Under the pieces are notes generated by a model. The model was not told the origin of the DNA. It saw only the letters and a program-made list of their open reading frames with translations, and did not search any database. This document shows, piece by piece, positions 43,311 to 54,959 of a DNA stretch of 64,000 bases. Made by a program: the position numbers and the translations under genes. Numbering within the stretch: position 1 is the stretch's first letter; each line of letters opens with the position of its first letter. Source of the stretch: Eledone cirrhosa (taxonomy: Eukaryota); the NCBI GenBank assembly GCA_964016885.1, contig OZ024742.1, positions 26,474,001-26,538,000 on the forward strand, given 5' to 3'.

Positions 43311-43823
43311 CGGCAAAGAATTAGTTTTGCGAGGTTTTTTATCGTGTGTCGAAACAAATATTGTTATACTTGGGGAGGGACATATTTATGTAATAATATT
43401 GCCACTGTTTGGATGGTTTTCGCTTCTGTGTCTTTTATATCGGTTAATTTAATTTATTCGGTCCTCAATGTTATCATTGACTGGCCAGCGGTCTAAAACA
43501 CAGATATATTATAGACACAAACACATATATATAGTCGAACAAAGTTTTTTCGTTGCACATCTGCAACATCGTCAGTGGTGCTATTATGTTTCCTCCTGTT
43601 GTATTGTATGCCTACGCCATCTTTATTTAGTCTATTTATTTATTTATTTATTTTTGCCTTCTTCTCTGCGCATGCGTTTCCGTGTGTGTTTTGTGTTTGG
43701 ACGACTGTGTATTGGTTATTGTATTCTATCTTAGTTTTTTAGTGTGTGTTTATATGTGTTTGTTGTTATTGTACTTGTGTATGTATTTATTTATTTATTT
43801 ATTTATTTATTTATTAATACTTC

Positions 43824-44162
43824 TTAGGTCAGTATTGGTGTTTGGGTGTTGTTGTTATTCCATTCATTTGTTCTGTTTAGCCTTGGCCTTCTAGGTTCGC
43901 TGGCCTCTCTGATATGCCTATCTGCTGGATCATTTCTATGTTTAGATATTATTTTAATTTCTTTGTTGTGTATGTTACCGTCGTGTTGTTTGGCATGTTC
44001 GTATAGTACTGAACCGTTTTTTCGTCCTTTTAGTTCCCCCCAGTGTTGGTCTATCCTTTCACCTATGCTACGAGCTGTCTCGCCTATGTATGTTGTTGTC
44101 ATGTTTCTGCAAGTACCCTCTGTACATCTTATGCTATAGACTACGTTTCTACACGAATACAT
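43824..44162 (-). pseudogene. GIY-YIG endonuclease fragment of a non-Naiad Penelope-like element
   Basis: CRNVVYSIRC..C..YIGETARSIGERIDQH..SVLYEHAKQH..REA..LNR. Confidence 0.8.
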
Positions 44163-44169
44163 ATAATAT

Positions 44170-44915
44170 AAAAACCAGCGGTATGAATAAATGAGTACAA
44201 ATTATCCGCAAGTAAACATACATAAAAGCGGCTCAGGGACAACAGAATATATCTGGAGTTGAAAACGCAAGTGACACAGTATTATCAGGTAGTTAAAGAA
44301 AAGGGGGAAGTAAAATATGTAAAATTGTGATAATATAAAGTAAATCAAAAAGCAGCGTGGGGGGGGGGGGGGGGGCCTACTGATGCATGTGAAGTAAAAA
44401 TAAAGTTAAAAATAAAAATAAAAATACAAGTAAATCAGAAAGAGAAGTCTGTAAACAAGGTAAGTTTAGGAAACTGAAGAATAAGGGTTTATGGAGGATA
44501 AGTATCTGAAAGTGAGTTAAGTTTATATGAGCTGGAAAGCAAGTGTGATTTCATGTGTGGGCAACTGGTGAAAACATCTGTTTTTGCATTTAGGCAGGTT
44601 TTTGTTGATTTAAGGTTCTGTAAAATACAATATTTTTCACTTATGCAGTGTGTGCATCTGCTTTTTCCTCTTGCATATTCTTTAGATTGGTTCAACATTG
44701 ACCAATCTAATTTATATTGGATACCTTGGTCTTTCAAATCACATATTCTGCTAGCCAGAGCTGTTGTAAATCTTTTTTCAGGATGTTGGAAAGATGCGAC
44801 ATGTGAGTAATAACGCGTTTTCAATTTCTCTTGTGTATTACCCACATATCGTTCGCTGGTGGCTGGTAGGTTGTTGCTGGTGGTTGTCACTTTAGCGGCA
44901 TATACAATGGCTTTT
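44170..44915 (-). mobile_element. Naiad-type PLE 3' fragment (GIY-YIG C-terminus + 3' UTR), truncated at (TG)n
   Basis: AIVYAAKV..YVGNTQEKLKTRYYSHVASF..TALASRI..RCTHCISEK..LNAKTDVFTSCPH. Confidence 0.82.
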
Positions 44916-44934
44916 GTGTGTTTGTGTGTGTGTA

Positions 44935-45010
<76 letters not shown>

Positions 45011-45018
45011 TGTGTGTG

Positions 45019-45101
<83 letters not shown>
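44916..45101. repeat. (TG)n microsatellite
   Basis: Direct sequence. Confidence 0.95.
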
Positions 45102-45102
<1 letters not shown>

Positions 45103-45454
45103 ATTAGTAAATTCACTAACAAAAACCAAAATCTCACATACAGACACACAGAAAGAGAGGCAGACAGAAAAATAAATAGGTGGACAATCACAAATACTGT
45201 GAACTTATAAAATAGGTTCAGATTAAAACGGGCAGAGCCTCTATATTCATCTATCTAATCAGGACTCTCAAATGTCTAAAATACAGCAAAACATACATCA
45301 CAGAGAACTTTTATAAAGCAACATAACTGCCGAACTGCTTAACATAACACACACTCTGCATATGAATATTTGAAAGATATATAGATATGTGTATGCATGT
45401 ATGGATGGTTAGACGTATATCTGTATGATAGATGTATGTGTGTAAGTCTGTATG

Positions 45455-45533
<79 letters not shown>

Positions 45534-45816
45534 AGCAATATCCATAAGTGACAAATGGAAACAGGAAAACGGTCAGAAATATTATATTATCTATTTTTGT
45601 TCATAAACGGAACAGACGTGGTAGCCAAATTTTCAATCCACAAATTTCAACATATCTCCAGAATACAAGTGTCATAAAATGTGTGAGATCGTATAAACAC
45701 ACGAAGAACTATCATAAATGTTGTGCTATTGAATTCTGGAGGTTACTTAAAAGCAGAGCCTTGAAACTTTAGTTAGCGAATTTGTTCCGTGTATGAACGT
45801 AAATGAATAATATATA

Positions 45817-45983
<167 letters not shown>

Positions 45984-46004
45984 AAACATACATAGATATA
46001 TGAA

Positions 46005-46196
46005 ATCATATCCGCTCTCTGGCTCTGGAGCTCTGACTCCAGCCTGACTAGGAGTAGGAAGCTGTCATTCCCTGACGTTATCTCTAGGGATACGGGAATC
46101 AGCAAACGGGACCTGGGGGCAGCGATGGGGGACAGGGGATTCTGGGGCATGAGAGTGAGATCCATCATCTCGACAGTAGTCGACCAGTGATGATGA

Positions 46197-46200
<4 letters not shown>
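46005..46200 (+). mobile_element. RTE-like LINE 3' end with (GAT)n tail
   Basis: [26 protein letters not shown]; (TGA)n tail. Confidence 0.6.
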
Positions 46201-46261
<61 letters not shown>

Positions 46262-47512
46262 AGAATATTTTCGAAACAGCGAGTGGGTTTGAAATTATTA
46301 GAAATGTAAGCTATTGCCGTATTTTGACTAAAGAAATTAAAGAAATTATTTAGCCTGATAGTGAAGTTAAGAACATTCGGAGAAATGGAAAAATATGAGT
46401 ATTGATGTACATGTACGTCAATACTCATCTTTTATGATTACCTGTCACATGTTGTGTTTCCCGTGATCAATTGTATCATTTTGAATCATATAAATTTATT
46501 AAATCAGAACAAACGAGATAAATGTGCTTTAAAGTCGAACCAGTATTAATATGGTGACGTCATACCTTCATGATATATGATATAGATTCTATACTAAAGT
46601 TAATTTATTATCCAAAGGCATTTACGTTTTGACGCTTACAACATTAAATAATGTTTAATCATTTATATATATATTGAAATATTAGAAACAATGTGGTATT
46701 TTAAATGTTCAAATAACGTACAGCTGCAATTCTGCAAATATTTTATGTTATTTATTATGAACTGGTGAATGAGTAATTCTTGAATACGTTGACTAACTTG
46801 AACCCACAACATAACACAACACACACATACACACACATATATATATATTTATATATTTCGGGGTCCTCACTCTTTTCCTATGTATATATATGTACAGTTC
46901 CCGTTAAACAATTCGAACACAGGCATACAAAACACAAAATATCATTAGTTTCGCACTGTTTAGAAACAGGTGTGAATGTTTCAATGTATCGGATGTTAGC
47001 CCGTGATCATGACAAATCAAATATAAAGATAGACATCCATACCCCACGCTTATATATATCCGCAGAGGCTAAAGAACACAAGACCTGTTGAAGAAGGAAA
47101 TCCTTTGTTCTGTAGTAAAAAACCATTAACTTGCAGACCCCTGCAAGCGGAATTTGTCGATCTTGGATTTGCAGAAACCTAGCGCTGATGTTGTGTGCTG
47201 TATGTGATGTATATAGTGTTCTATACGATATGCATTATATATTTTGCATTCAGTCCCACCGTTTTGTCCAGGTCAGTCTAAAATATTTTCCTGAGTCCTG
47301 TATTTTTGTTGCTCTGGTGATGCGGCTGGACTGCCGATCGCTATATTTCATTTGCTAGGCTGTCTAAACGTATTGTTATTACTCTGGGGTACTTTTCCCC
47401 ATTCGTGTGCTAAAGCTACATACAGAATTTGCATTAGTTAGCTTAGCCGTGATCTAAAGCTTCGTTAATGCTGTACTAAAATTTATATATGTATATATAT
47501 ATATAAATATAT

Positions 47513-47900
47513 AAAACCTGCCTAAATGCAAAAACAGAAATTTTCACCAGTTGCCCACACATGAAATCACACTTGCTTTCCAGCTCATATAAACTTAACT
47601 CACTTTCAGATACTTATCCTCCATAAACTCTTATTCTTCACTTTCCTTAAATTGTCCTCTTTACATATTTCTCTTTCTGATTTACTTTCATTTTTAACTT
47701 TATTTTTAACTTTATTTTTAATTTTACTTCACATCCACCAGTAACCCCCCCCCCCTACTTTTCGATTCACTTACCTAATATCTTCACATTCCCCATTTTC
47801 TTTCACTACCTGATATCACATGTCACTTGCTTTTTCTACTCCAGATATATTCTGTTGTTTCACAGCCGATTTTATATTTGTACTCATTTATTCATATGGC
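47513..47900 (+). mobile_element. Second, shorter copy of the 44.2-44.6 kb Naiad 3' end in the opposite orientation
   Basis: AAAACCTGCCTAAATGCAAAAACAGA..CTTATCCTCCATAA matches the reverse complement of 44489-44602; similarity continues in the UTR. Confidence 0.82.
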
Positions 47901-48165
47901 CGATTTATAATCGGTATCTATGTGTCTGGGTGTGCTTATGTGTGTATACGTTCTGTATATGTATACGAACGCCTCCGTATGTGTGCGTCCGTACGTATAT
48001 ATGTGTGTATGTGTTTTTTATATCTAGATTTTTTATATCTATGTTTTTAACATTCTTATTTTTACGTGTGTGTATGCGGGTGAATGTATGTGTATGTGTA
48101 TGTATATGTGTATATATGTATATGTATGTATGGGTGTGTATGTATATGTGTATATATATATATAT

Positions 48166-48755
48166 GCTACTGGTAACATGTATCCCAGTACAACCTGTCT
48201 CATGGTCGGGTCGTTGGCGACTAAACTGGCAACCCCACCAAGGTTTCTTGGTGAGGAGGGTGACTTTGGACATCGTGCAGGATTAAAAACAAAACCTGTC
48301 AAAGGGCAAAGGAGCTCTATAGAGTCAATGGCCATCCAAAATCACTGGGAGAGATGACCCCTTAGCCTTTGTCAAGGCAGAATTCTAGGAGAAGGAAAAC
48401 TCTGATATAACACCTGCAACCCTGATGGTATCCAATGATGTTGACTTGTTCTTCTTTTTGGTAAATATCATCTTGGTTAAGAGAGTGGGACTGGCTTTGT
48501 GCAGTGCCTTTGCTCACTATAAAAGCTTCACGGCACAGGCATTGCTTTACATCTGGAGATCTCTCTGCACTTGTCGTCACATGGTACCAAAGGCAAAGTA
48601 CTATGTGTCAATAATTGTCACAAGTGTAGTGTTTGTACCAGAGTTTTCAAGTCGCTGGCTGGATTAAAAAGTCACACTCGTTCAGCGCATCGGTAGGGGT
48701 TCTCCTACATGGATATAAAGTAGTGGCCGTACTCGAAAACGAATTGGCAGCCACC
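48166..48755 (+). mobile_element. RTE-type 5'-UTR-like repeat; related diverged segment at 34918-35100
   Basis: Both share GCTACT..CCAGTACAACCTG..CTAAACTGGC..CCCAC..AG.GTCAATGG.CATCC. Assignment to RTE is inference. Confidence 0.45.
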
Positions 48756-49417
48756 ATATATATATATAGTCGCGTACGTACGTGTGATTAGATATACATG
48801 GGGCGATACATATATATGTACGTGCCTCGTGTGTATGTATGTACGCATACATGCGCTTTTGTCTGTACGTATTTGTGTGTATAAATATTTTTTATATATA
48901 TATGTGTATGTACGTGCGTACCTATGTTTGTTTTCTTTTCTCTAGTGTTAATTGATTACTTTCTCTTTGATTTAAACATTTTTCATTCTCATATATGGTT
49001 TCATTTTTATACATATATCGAGAATGACACTTCTTTTTATTATTACACTCCCTTCCCCCTTTATATTCCGCATATAAGTGACCGCGCGTGTATGTGTGTT
49101 TATACGCCCGCTTTCATACTCGTATGTGTATTTAATACCTGTATCTGGATGCGTGTCAACTATATTATCATACATTTTCTTTTTCAACTCATATTATATA
49201 CGTATTTGCCCTCATATATGTACTTACGCACACATTTTCACCATACACATGCATTGGTACATACACACATATGTACATTTGTGAGTGTATATACATACAT
49301 ATACACATACCTTAACTATATTTCCTTATATATTTTTATATATCACTTTTCATTACTTTTATTTATATATTTGTTGCATTTCTTGAGGAGACTTTCCAAA
49401 TATTTCACTATGTTTTA

Positions 49418-49495
49418 AATTGCCTTGTCCGACAAACGAATGACGACGTTTTTCGTATTCGTCTTATTCGGGAAACCTCTGGTAATGAGGTAATT
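49418..49495 (+). ncRNA. Hammerhead-like motif with CCGA core in a solo pLTR-like segment
   Basis: AATTGCCTTGT-CCGACAA-stemII-GAAA-CCTCTGG-TA-ATGAGGTAATT. Downstream ACATAGAGCACTCT tail is shared with 19443-19456. Confidence 0.55.
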
Positions 49496-49731
49496 ATATT
49501 GTATTGTTTATTATACATTACATTTTGTTCTGGTACTTACATAGAGCACTCTACACTCCTCTGACTTTTTCAATTATGAACGGAAACTTCAATACTTATA
49601 TATATATGTAGGAGGTGAGTTTTATTGTAGTACAATAAAGCAATGCAGATATCGGATAAGAAGCACTCTACAGTTTGTGGGACTGGAGTATGCATAATAT
49701 AAGATCAAAAGATGGTTAAAGGAGTTCAATA

Positions 49732-49802
49732 TATTTTATTATGCGCATTTCAAAAACAAACATCATCAAATAATAATATTTGTGTTTTCATCAGATAAAA
49801 CA
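49732..49802 (-). ncRNA. Minimal type-I hammerhead ribozyme, array unit 1
   Basis: TGTTTTAT-CTGATGA-AAACACAAATATTATTA..TGATGATGTTTGTTTTT-GAAA-TGCGCA-TA-ATAAAATA. Confidence 0.85.
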
Positions 49803-51041
49803 GGAGAACATGATATGAAGGCTAAAAAAACACTTGTTGATAGTGCAGTTTTAAATCAACATATGAAAAGTGGTTTTAGATTGATGTGTGATATTGGGAA
49901 AAATATTTTATTTAGAGAGGGGGGAGAGAAAAGGATGAAAAGGGAAGGAGATGAGAGGGAGAGATGGGTGATAGAGAGAAAGAGATAGTTTTTATAACAG
50001 AGAGGAGATATATTTTATATAGAGGGGTTGAAAACCGTTGGAAGATACTGTATAAATTAAAAATTTTGAAAATTAACGAAGGGAGGATATGTGCGAGGAA
50101 AAAATATATTATATTTAGGGAGGGGTGGGGGTGGAAAGGATGAAAAAAAGGGGAGGAGATGAGAGTGAAGGTGGAAAGGGAGAGATGGGTGATAGAGAGA
50201 AAGAGATAGTTTTTATAACTGAGAAAAAGATATAATGTTTTAATATAGAGAGGTTGGGAACCGTTGGAAGATAATGTATAAATTAAAGGAATTTGAAAAT
50301 TAACGAAGGGAAATTATGTATGGAGATAGAGAGAAAAAAATAACGAAGGGAGATTATGTATGGAGATAGAGAGAAAAAAATAATAATAATTGTGGGTGAA
50401 TATTCTAACGTCAAAAGGAGAAATGTAGGAATTTTAAAATTAGCAAAGAGAAAAAGTTTATGTGTAGGATTTGAGAAAAATAATGTGAAGTTAAAGTTTT
50501 TATATTGAATTCATATGTATTAATAATGAGTTCGTTGATGGGGAGAAAAAAATAATAATAAATTAGGGATGAAATTGAGATTAAAAAGATTGATGATAGA
50601 GAGAAAAAATAATAATGATTGCGGATGAATACTCAAAATGTCAAAAACAAATGTTATTGTTTTACGAGGAGATATAATGAGGGTGATGAGTAAACGGGTA
50701 TTATAGAGTGTATAATGCCCTTTAAAGTAAGGTAGATGGGTATATTTTAAAGAATATATGAGTATATATTAAAAAAAATATATATATAATAATAAATTAA
50801 GGATGAAATTGAGATTAAAAAGATTTATGATAGAGGGAAAAAATAATAATGATTGCGGATGAATATTCAAAATGTCAAAAACAAATGTTATTGTTTACGA
50901 GAAGATAGGATGCGGGAAAAGAGTAAACGAGTATTATAGAGTGTATAATGCCCTTTAAAGTAAGGTAGATGGGTATATTTTAAAGAGGTGTATGTATATG
51001 TGCCTTTGAGAAAAGATTCTAAATTGATAAAGAATTGAATA

Positions 51042-53504
51042 TTAACTGTATACTTTGTGAAAAGTTCTATGGAATTTATGCAGGCAGATGGAAAACAAAT
51101 CCGAGCGTCTATTTATTATGGATTCTAGGTTAGAGATAATGGTAAATTTTTCATTTAGGCAAAGATTACAGATTTTAGATAGGGAACTGTTCAAGTACGA
51201 GGATGCAGAAGAAATCTTTTTCCAAAAGATGTTATATTTAATGTTTTTGTCTTTTAAGGACCATATGAGTTCTGAGAGAGCAGTGTTAGTTTTTTTAAGT
51301 TTGTATTTGAAAGATGAATGATGATTATAGAGACGAGCTTTAAAAGAGGTGGAAGTGGAGCCAAAATAGGTGAAGGAATTGGTGCTAGTTATAATTTTAC
51401 ATTCATAGATTAAGTTTTTATCGAGGCAGTGGTTGTTGAGAGGACATTTATTTTTAATGCGGCAGTTGCAATTAGAGAGATTATTAATGAGTGATCTAGT
51501 GTTATCTATAGAAGGAATTGGATTGGAGAAGTTGTTTGCGATAGGAATAATAGGAATAATAGTTTCTTGATTTAGAGTTGGATTATGAACATTTAGCGAA
51601 GTTGTGTTTGACGTTGCATTTGGGTTTACAGAAGTTAGCCTAGGGTTTACAATGACGTCAGGAGTACTATTATTGTTATTATGAGATTCAATATTGGAAG
51701 GAAGAGATTTAGTATTTAATATTTTGTTGTTGTGTTTAGAAATGATGTTGGAAATATTGGAGGATGTAGAATACGAAAATTTGATGGTGTGTTTGTTAAA
51801 TATTTTACTATAGATATGTGAGGGAGGGAAGCATTTATTTAAGGCACTAAAAAATAATTTAGGAATATTGTTATTAATAGAGATGGAGAAAGGAGCATTA
51901 TACCAGATTATGTTTTTGTATCTAGGTCTTTTATTAAGATTATTGGAATGGTTATGATTAAATATTCTACTGTAAGTTTTCCTAGAATTTGTTTCTTTAT
52001 TATATTTGATTTTATCTGGATAGCCGGCTTTAGAAAGTGCGTTATTATAGTAATTGGCGTTAGCATCAAAGATGTTTTTATTAGAAGATATGTTAGATAT
52101 TCTATTTCCAATATTATTAACTATAGCATTCTTGATATTGGTAGGATGGTTAGATTTAAAGTTAACATAATTAAGATTCTCATTGTTTTTATGGTAAGGG
52201 TAATATAGGCCAGTGTCAAGGTTAAGAGATACATCCAAGAAATTAGCTAGTTTGGTACTATTATCAAATTCAATTTTTAGGTTATGTTGGTTAAAGAGAT
52301 TACGTATATTGTTCTTAATAATATTAAGTTTAACTATATTGCAATTTAGGATAGTAAAGAGTCCATCGTCACGATAAATTCCACCGCGAAGTTGAGGAAT
52401 TTTCCGACTCAAAGAGTTCAAAATGAAGATACCAATTAAATCAGTCAATTGGGATGAATCGGATGCTCCCATTGTGATGTCGAAGTTGTTAGAGGTATCG
52501 GCTCTGGTCCAATATTCGTTGTTGAACTCTAGGATGGTTTTACGTGCGGTGAGGATGATGTGAAGTTCATCTGTGGTGATGTCAGAATATTTAAGTGCGA
52601 AAGATAGAGCATTATTGAGAAGTGAAGGCGAAATGGAGGAATAGTAGCTGGCAATATCGAATTGAATAAATTTTAGTTTGTTTTTATTATCCAATTTGTT
52701 GAACCAGCCAATCACTTCAGAAGTACCAAACCATAAATTTAGGTTTAAAGAAGAGCAATTAGAACTAACCTGTGGGATAATCCTATCCAAGATGGCTTTA
52801 CTAACAACCCCCAGATCAGATTTAGAGGGGGCGATTAATCTAACAGGTAGTTCAGTGCGAAAATTGTTTTTGTGATCCTTGAGATTTATCCTCGGAGTTC
52901 TTGGGAGGAATGGTTCGGTCTTTTTTTCAATGCCAAGTTTTGACATAATCTCATAGGCTTCAAGGTTTATGCATTCTAAATTTTCATGGTTGGTTTTACG
53001 ATACTTTTTCCTAAGTTCCTTTAGGATAAGGTTGTTATAATTATCCTTGGAAATACCATATAGGTTATTGGTTTTGTCAGAGTGGACTAAAACATTTTTT
53101 GAGGAATTTAGGTTAGAGATTGTGTTCTTGAGATTTACAAGGTGCTCTTGTCCTTTGTAAGGGTATCTCTTGAATTTAAGATTTTTTATAATTTTAGTTA
53201 ATTCTTCCTCGAATTGTGCTAGATTTTTGTTGGAAGGAGGATTTCGTCTGGAATTAAAAAGATGATCGAGGAAGTTGTGTTCTTTGGTATGAAAGTTCCC
53301 TTTTAGGCGCTGGTCATAGAAATAGGCTGTCCATCTAAGTCTTCTTACGAAGGAGTCAGTTTTTTCAATAAGAAGTTTGGTGAATTCAGATTTACCAGGT
53401 ATAGGAATGTCTTTAGTAGAATTGGTTATGTTGTAATAATCCATGTTGTAGAAGAAGAGGTGAAGGACCATCAAAAGGTATCCAATATGAGAGTAAGCGC
53501 TCAA
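51042..53504 (-). CDS. Penelope-like (Naiad-type) reverse transcriptase + GIY-YIG endonuclease, intact, copy 1
   Basis: 820 aa with no stops: STKDIPIP, SDKTNNLY, KDHK, RLIAPSKS, FIQFDIASYY, GIYRDDG, NFLDV, SNHP, CNCRIKNKCPLNNHCL, LIY..YFGST..FKARLYNH, CNLCLNEK, CLH. The true start is probably the ATG at 53444 or 53471 rather than the TTG. Confidence 0.93.
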   Translation of the reverse strand: MSAYSHIGYLLMVLHLFFYNMDYYNITNSTKDIPIPGKSEFTKLLIEKTDSFVRRLRWTAYFYDQRLKGNFHTKEHNFLDHLFNSRRNPPSNKNLAQFEEELTKIIKNLKFKRYPYKGQEHLVNLKNTISNLNSSKNVLVHSDKTNNLYGISKDNYNNLILKELRKKYRKTNHENLECINLEAYEIMSKLGIEKKTEPFLPRTPRINLKDHKNNFRTELPVRLIAPSKSDLGVVSKAILDRIIPQVSSNCSSLNLNLWFGTSEVIGWFNKLDNKNKLKFIQFDIASYYSSISPSLLNNALSFALKYSDITTDELHIILTARKTILEFNNEYWTRADTSNNFDITMGASDSSQLTDLIGIFILNSLSRKIPQLRGGIYRDDGLFTILNCNIVKLNIIKNNIRNLFNQHNLKIEFDNSTKLANFLDVSLNLDTGLYYPYHKNNENLNYVNFKSNHPTNIKNAIVNNIGNRISNISSNKNIFDANANYYNNALSKAGYPDKIKYNKETNSRKTYSRIFNHNHSNNLNKRPRYKNIIWYNAPFSISINNNIPKLFFSALNKCFPPSHIYSKIFNKHTIKFSYSTSSNISNIISKHNNKILNTKSLPSNIESHNNNNSTPDVIVNPRLTSVNPNATSNTTSLNVHNPTLNQETIIPIIPIANNFSNPIPSIDNTRSLINNLSNCNCRIKNKCPLNNHCLDKNLIYECKIITSTNSFTYFGSTSTSFKARLYNHHSSFKYKLKKTNTALSELIWSLKDKNIKYNIFWKKISSASSYLNSSLSKICNLCLNEKFTIISNLESIINRRSDLFSICLHKFHRTFHKVYS

Positions 53505-53648
53505 CCGTTAAGGAGCAAGTAAATGTAGGAGGTGAGTTTTATTGTAGTGCAATAAAGCAATGCAGATATCGGATAAGAAGCACTCTACAGTTTGTGGGAC
53601 TGGAGTATGCATAATATAAGATCAAAAGATGGTTAAAGGAGTTCAATA

Positions 53649-53719
53649 TATTTTATTATGCGCATTTCAAAAACAAACATCATCAAATAATAATATTTGT
53701 GTTTTCATCAGATAAAACA
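53649..53719 (-). ncRNA. Hammerhead ribozyme, array unit 2
   Basis: Same sequence as 49732-49802. Confidence 0.85.
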
Positions 53720-54959
53720 GGAGAACATGATATGAAGGCTAAAAAAACACTTGTTGATAGTGCAGTTTTAAATCAACATATGAAAAGTGGTTTTAGATTG
53801 ATGTGTGATATTGGGAAAAATATTTTATTTAGAGAGGGGGGGAGAGAAAAGGATGAAAAGGGAAGGAGATGAGAGGGAGAGATGGGTGATAGAGAGAAAG
53901 AGATAGTTTTTATAACAGAGAGGAGATATATTTTATATAGAGGGGTTGAAAACCGTTGGAAGATACTGTATAAATTAAAAATTTTGGAAATTAACGAAGG
54001 GAGGATATGTGCGAGGAAAAAATATATTATATTTAGGGAGGGGTGGGGGTGGAAAGGATGAAAAAAAGGGGAGGAGATGAGAGTGAATGTGGAAAGGGAG
54101 AGATGGGTGATAGAGAGAAAGAGATAGTTTTTATAACTGAGAAAAAGATATAATGTTTTAATATAGAGAGGTTGGGAACCGTTGGAAGATAATGTATAAA
54201 TTAAAAGAATTTGAAAATTAACGAAGGGAAATTATGTATGGAGATAGAGAGAAAAAAAATAACGAAGGGAGATTATGTATGGAGATAGAGAGAAAAAAAT
54301 AATAATAATTGTGGGTGAATATTCTAACGTCAAAAGGAGAAATGTAGGAATTTTAAAATTAGCAAAGAGAAAAAGTTTATGTGTAGGATTTGAGAAAAAT
54401 AATGTGAAGTTAAAGTTTTTATATTGAATTCATATGTATTAATAATGAGTTCGTTGATGGGGAGAAAAAAATAATAATAAATTAGGGATGAAATTGAGAT
54501 TAAAAAGATTGATGATAGAGAGAAAAATAATAATGATTGCGGATGAATACTCAAAATGTCAAAAACAAATGTTATTGTTTTACGAGGAGATATAATGAGG
54601 GTGATGAGTAAACGGGTATTATAGAGTGTATAATGCCCTTTAAAGTAAGGTAGATGGGTATATTTTAAAGAATATATGAGTATATATTAAAAAAAAAATA
54701 TATATAATAATAAATTAAGGATGAAATTGAGATTAAAAAGATTTATGATAGAGGGAAAAAATAATAATGATTGCGGATGAATATTCAAAATGTCAAAAAC
54801 AAATGTTATTGTTTACGAGAAGATAGGATGCGGGAAAAGAGTAAACGAGTATTATAGAGTGTATAATGCCCTTTAAAGTAAGGTAGATGGGTATATTTTA
54901 AAGAGGTGTATGTATATGTGCCTTTGAGAAAAGATTCTAAATTGATAAAGAATTGAATA

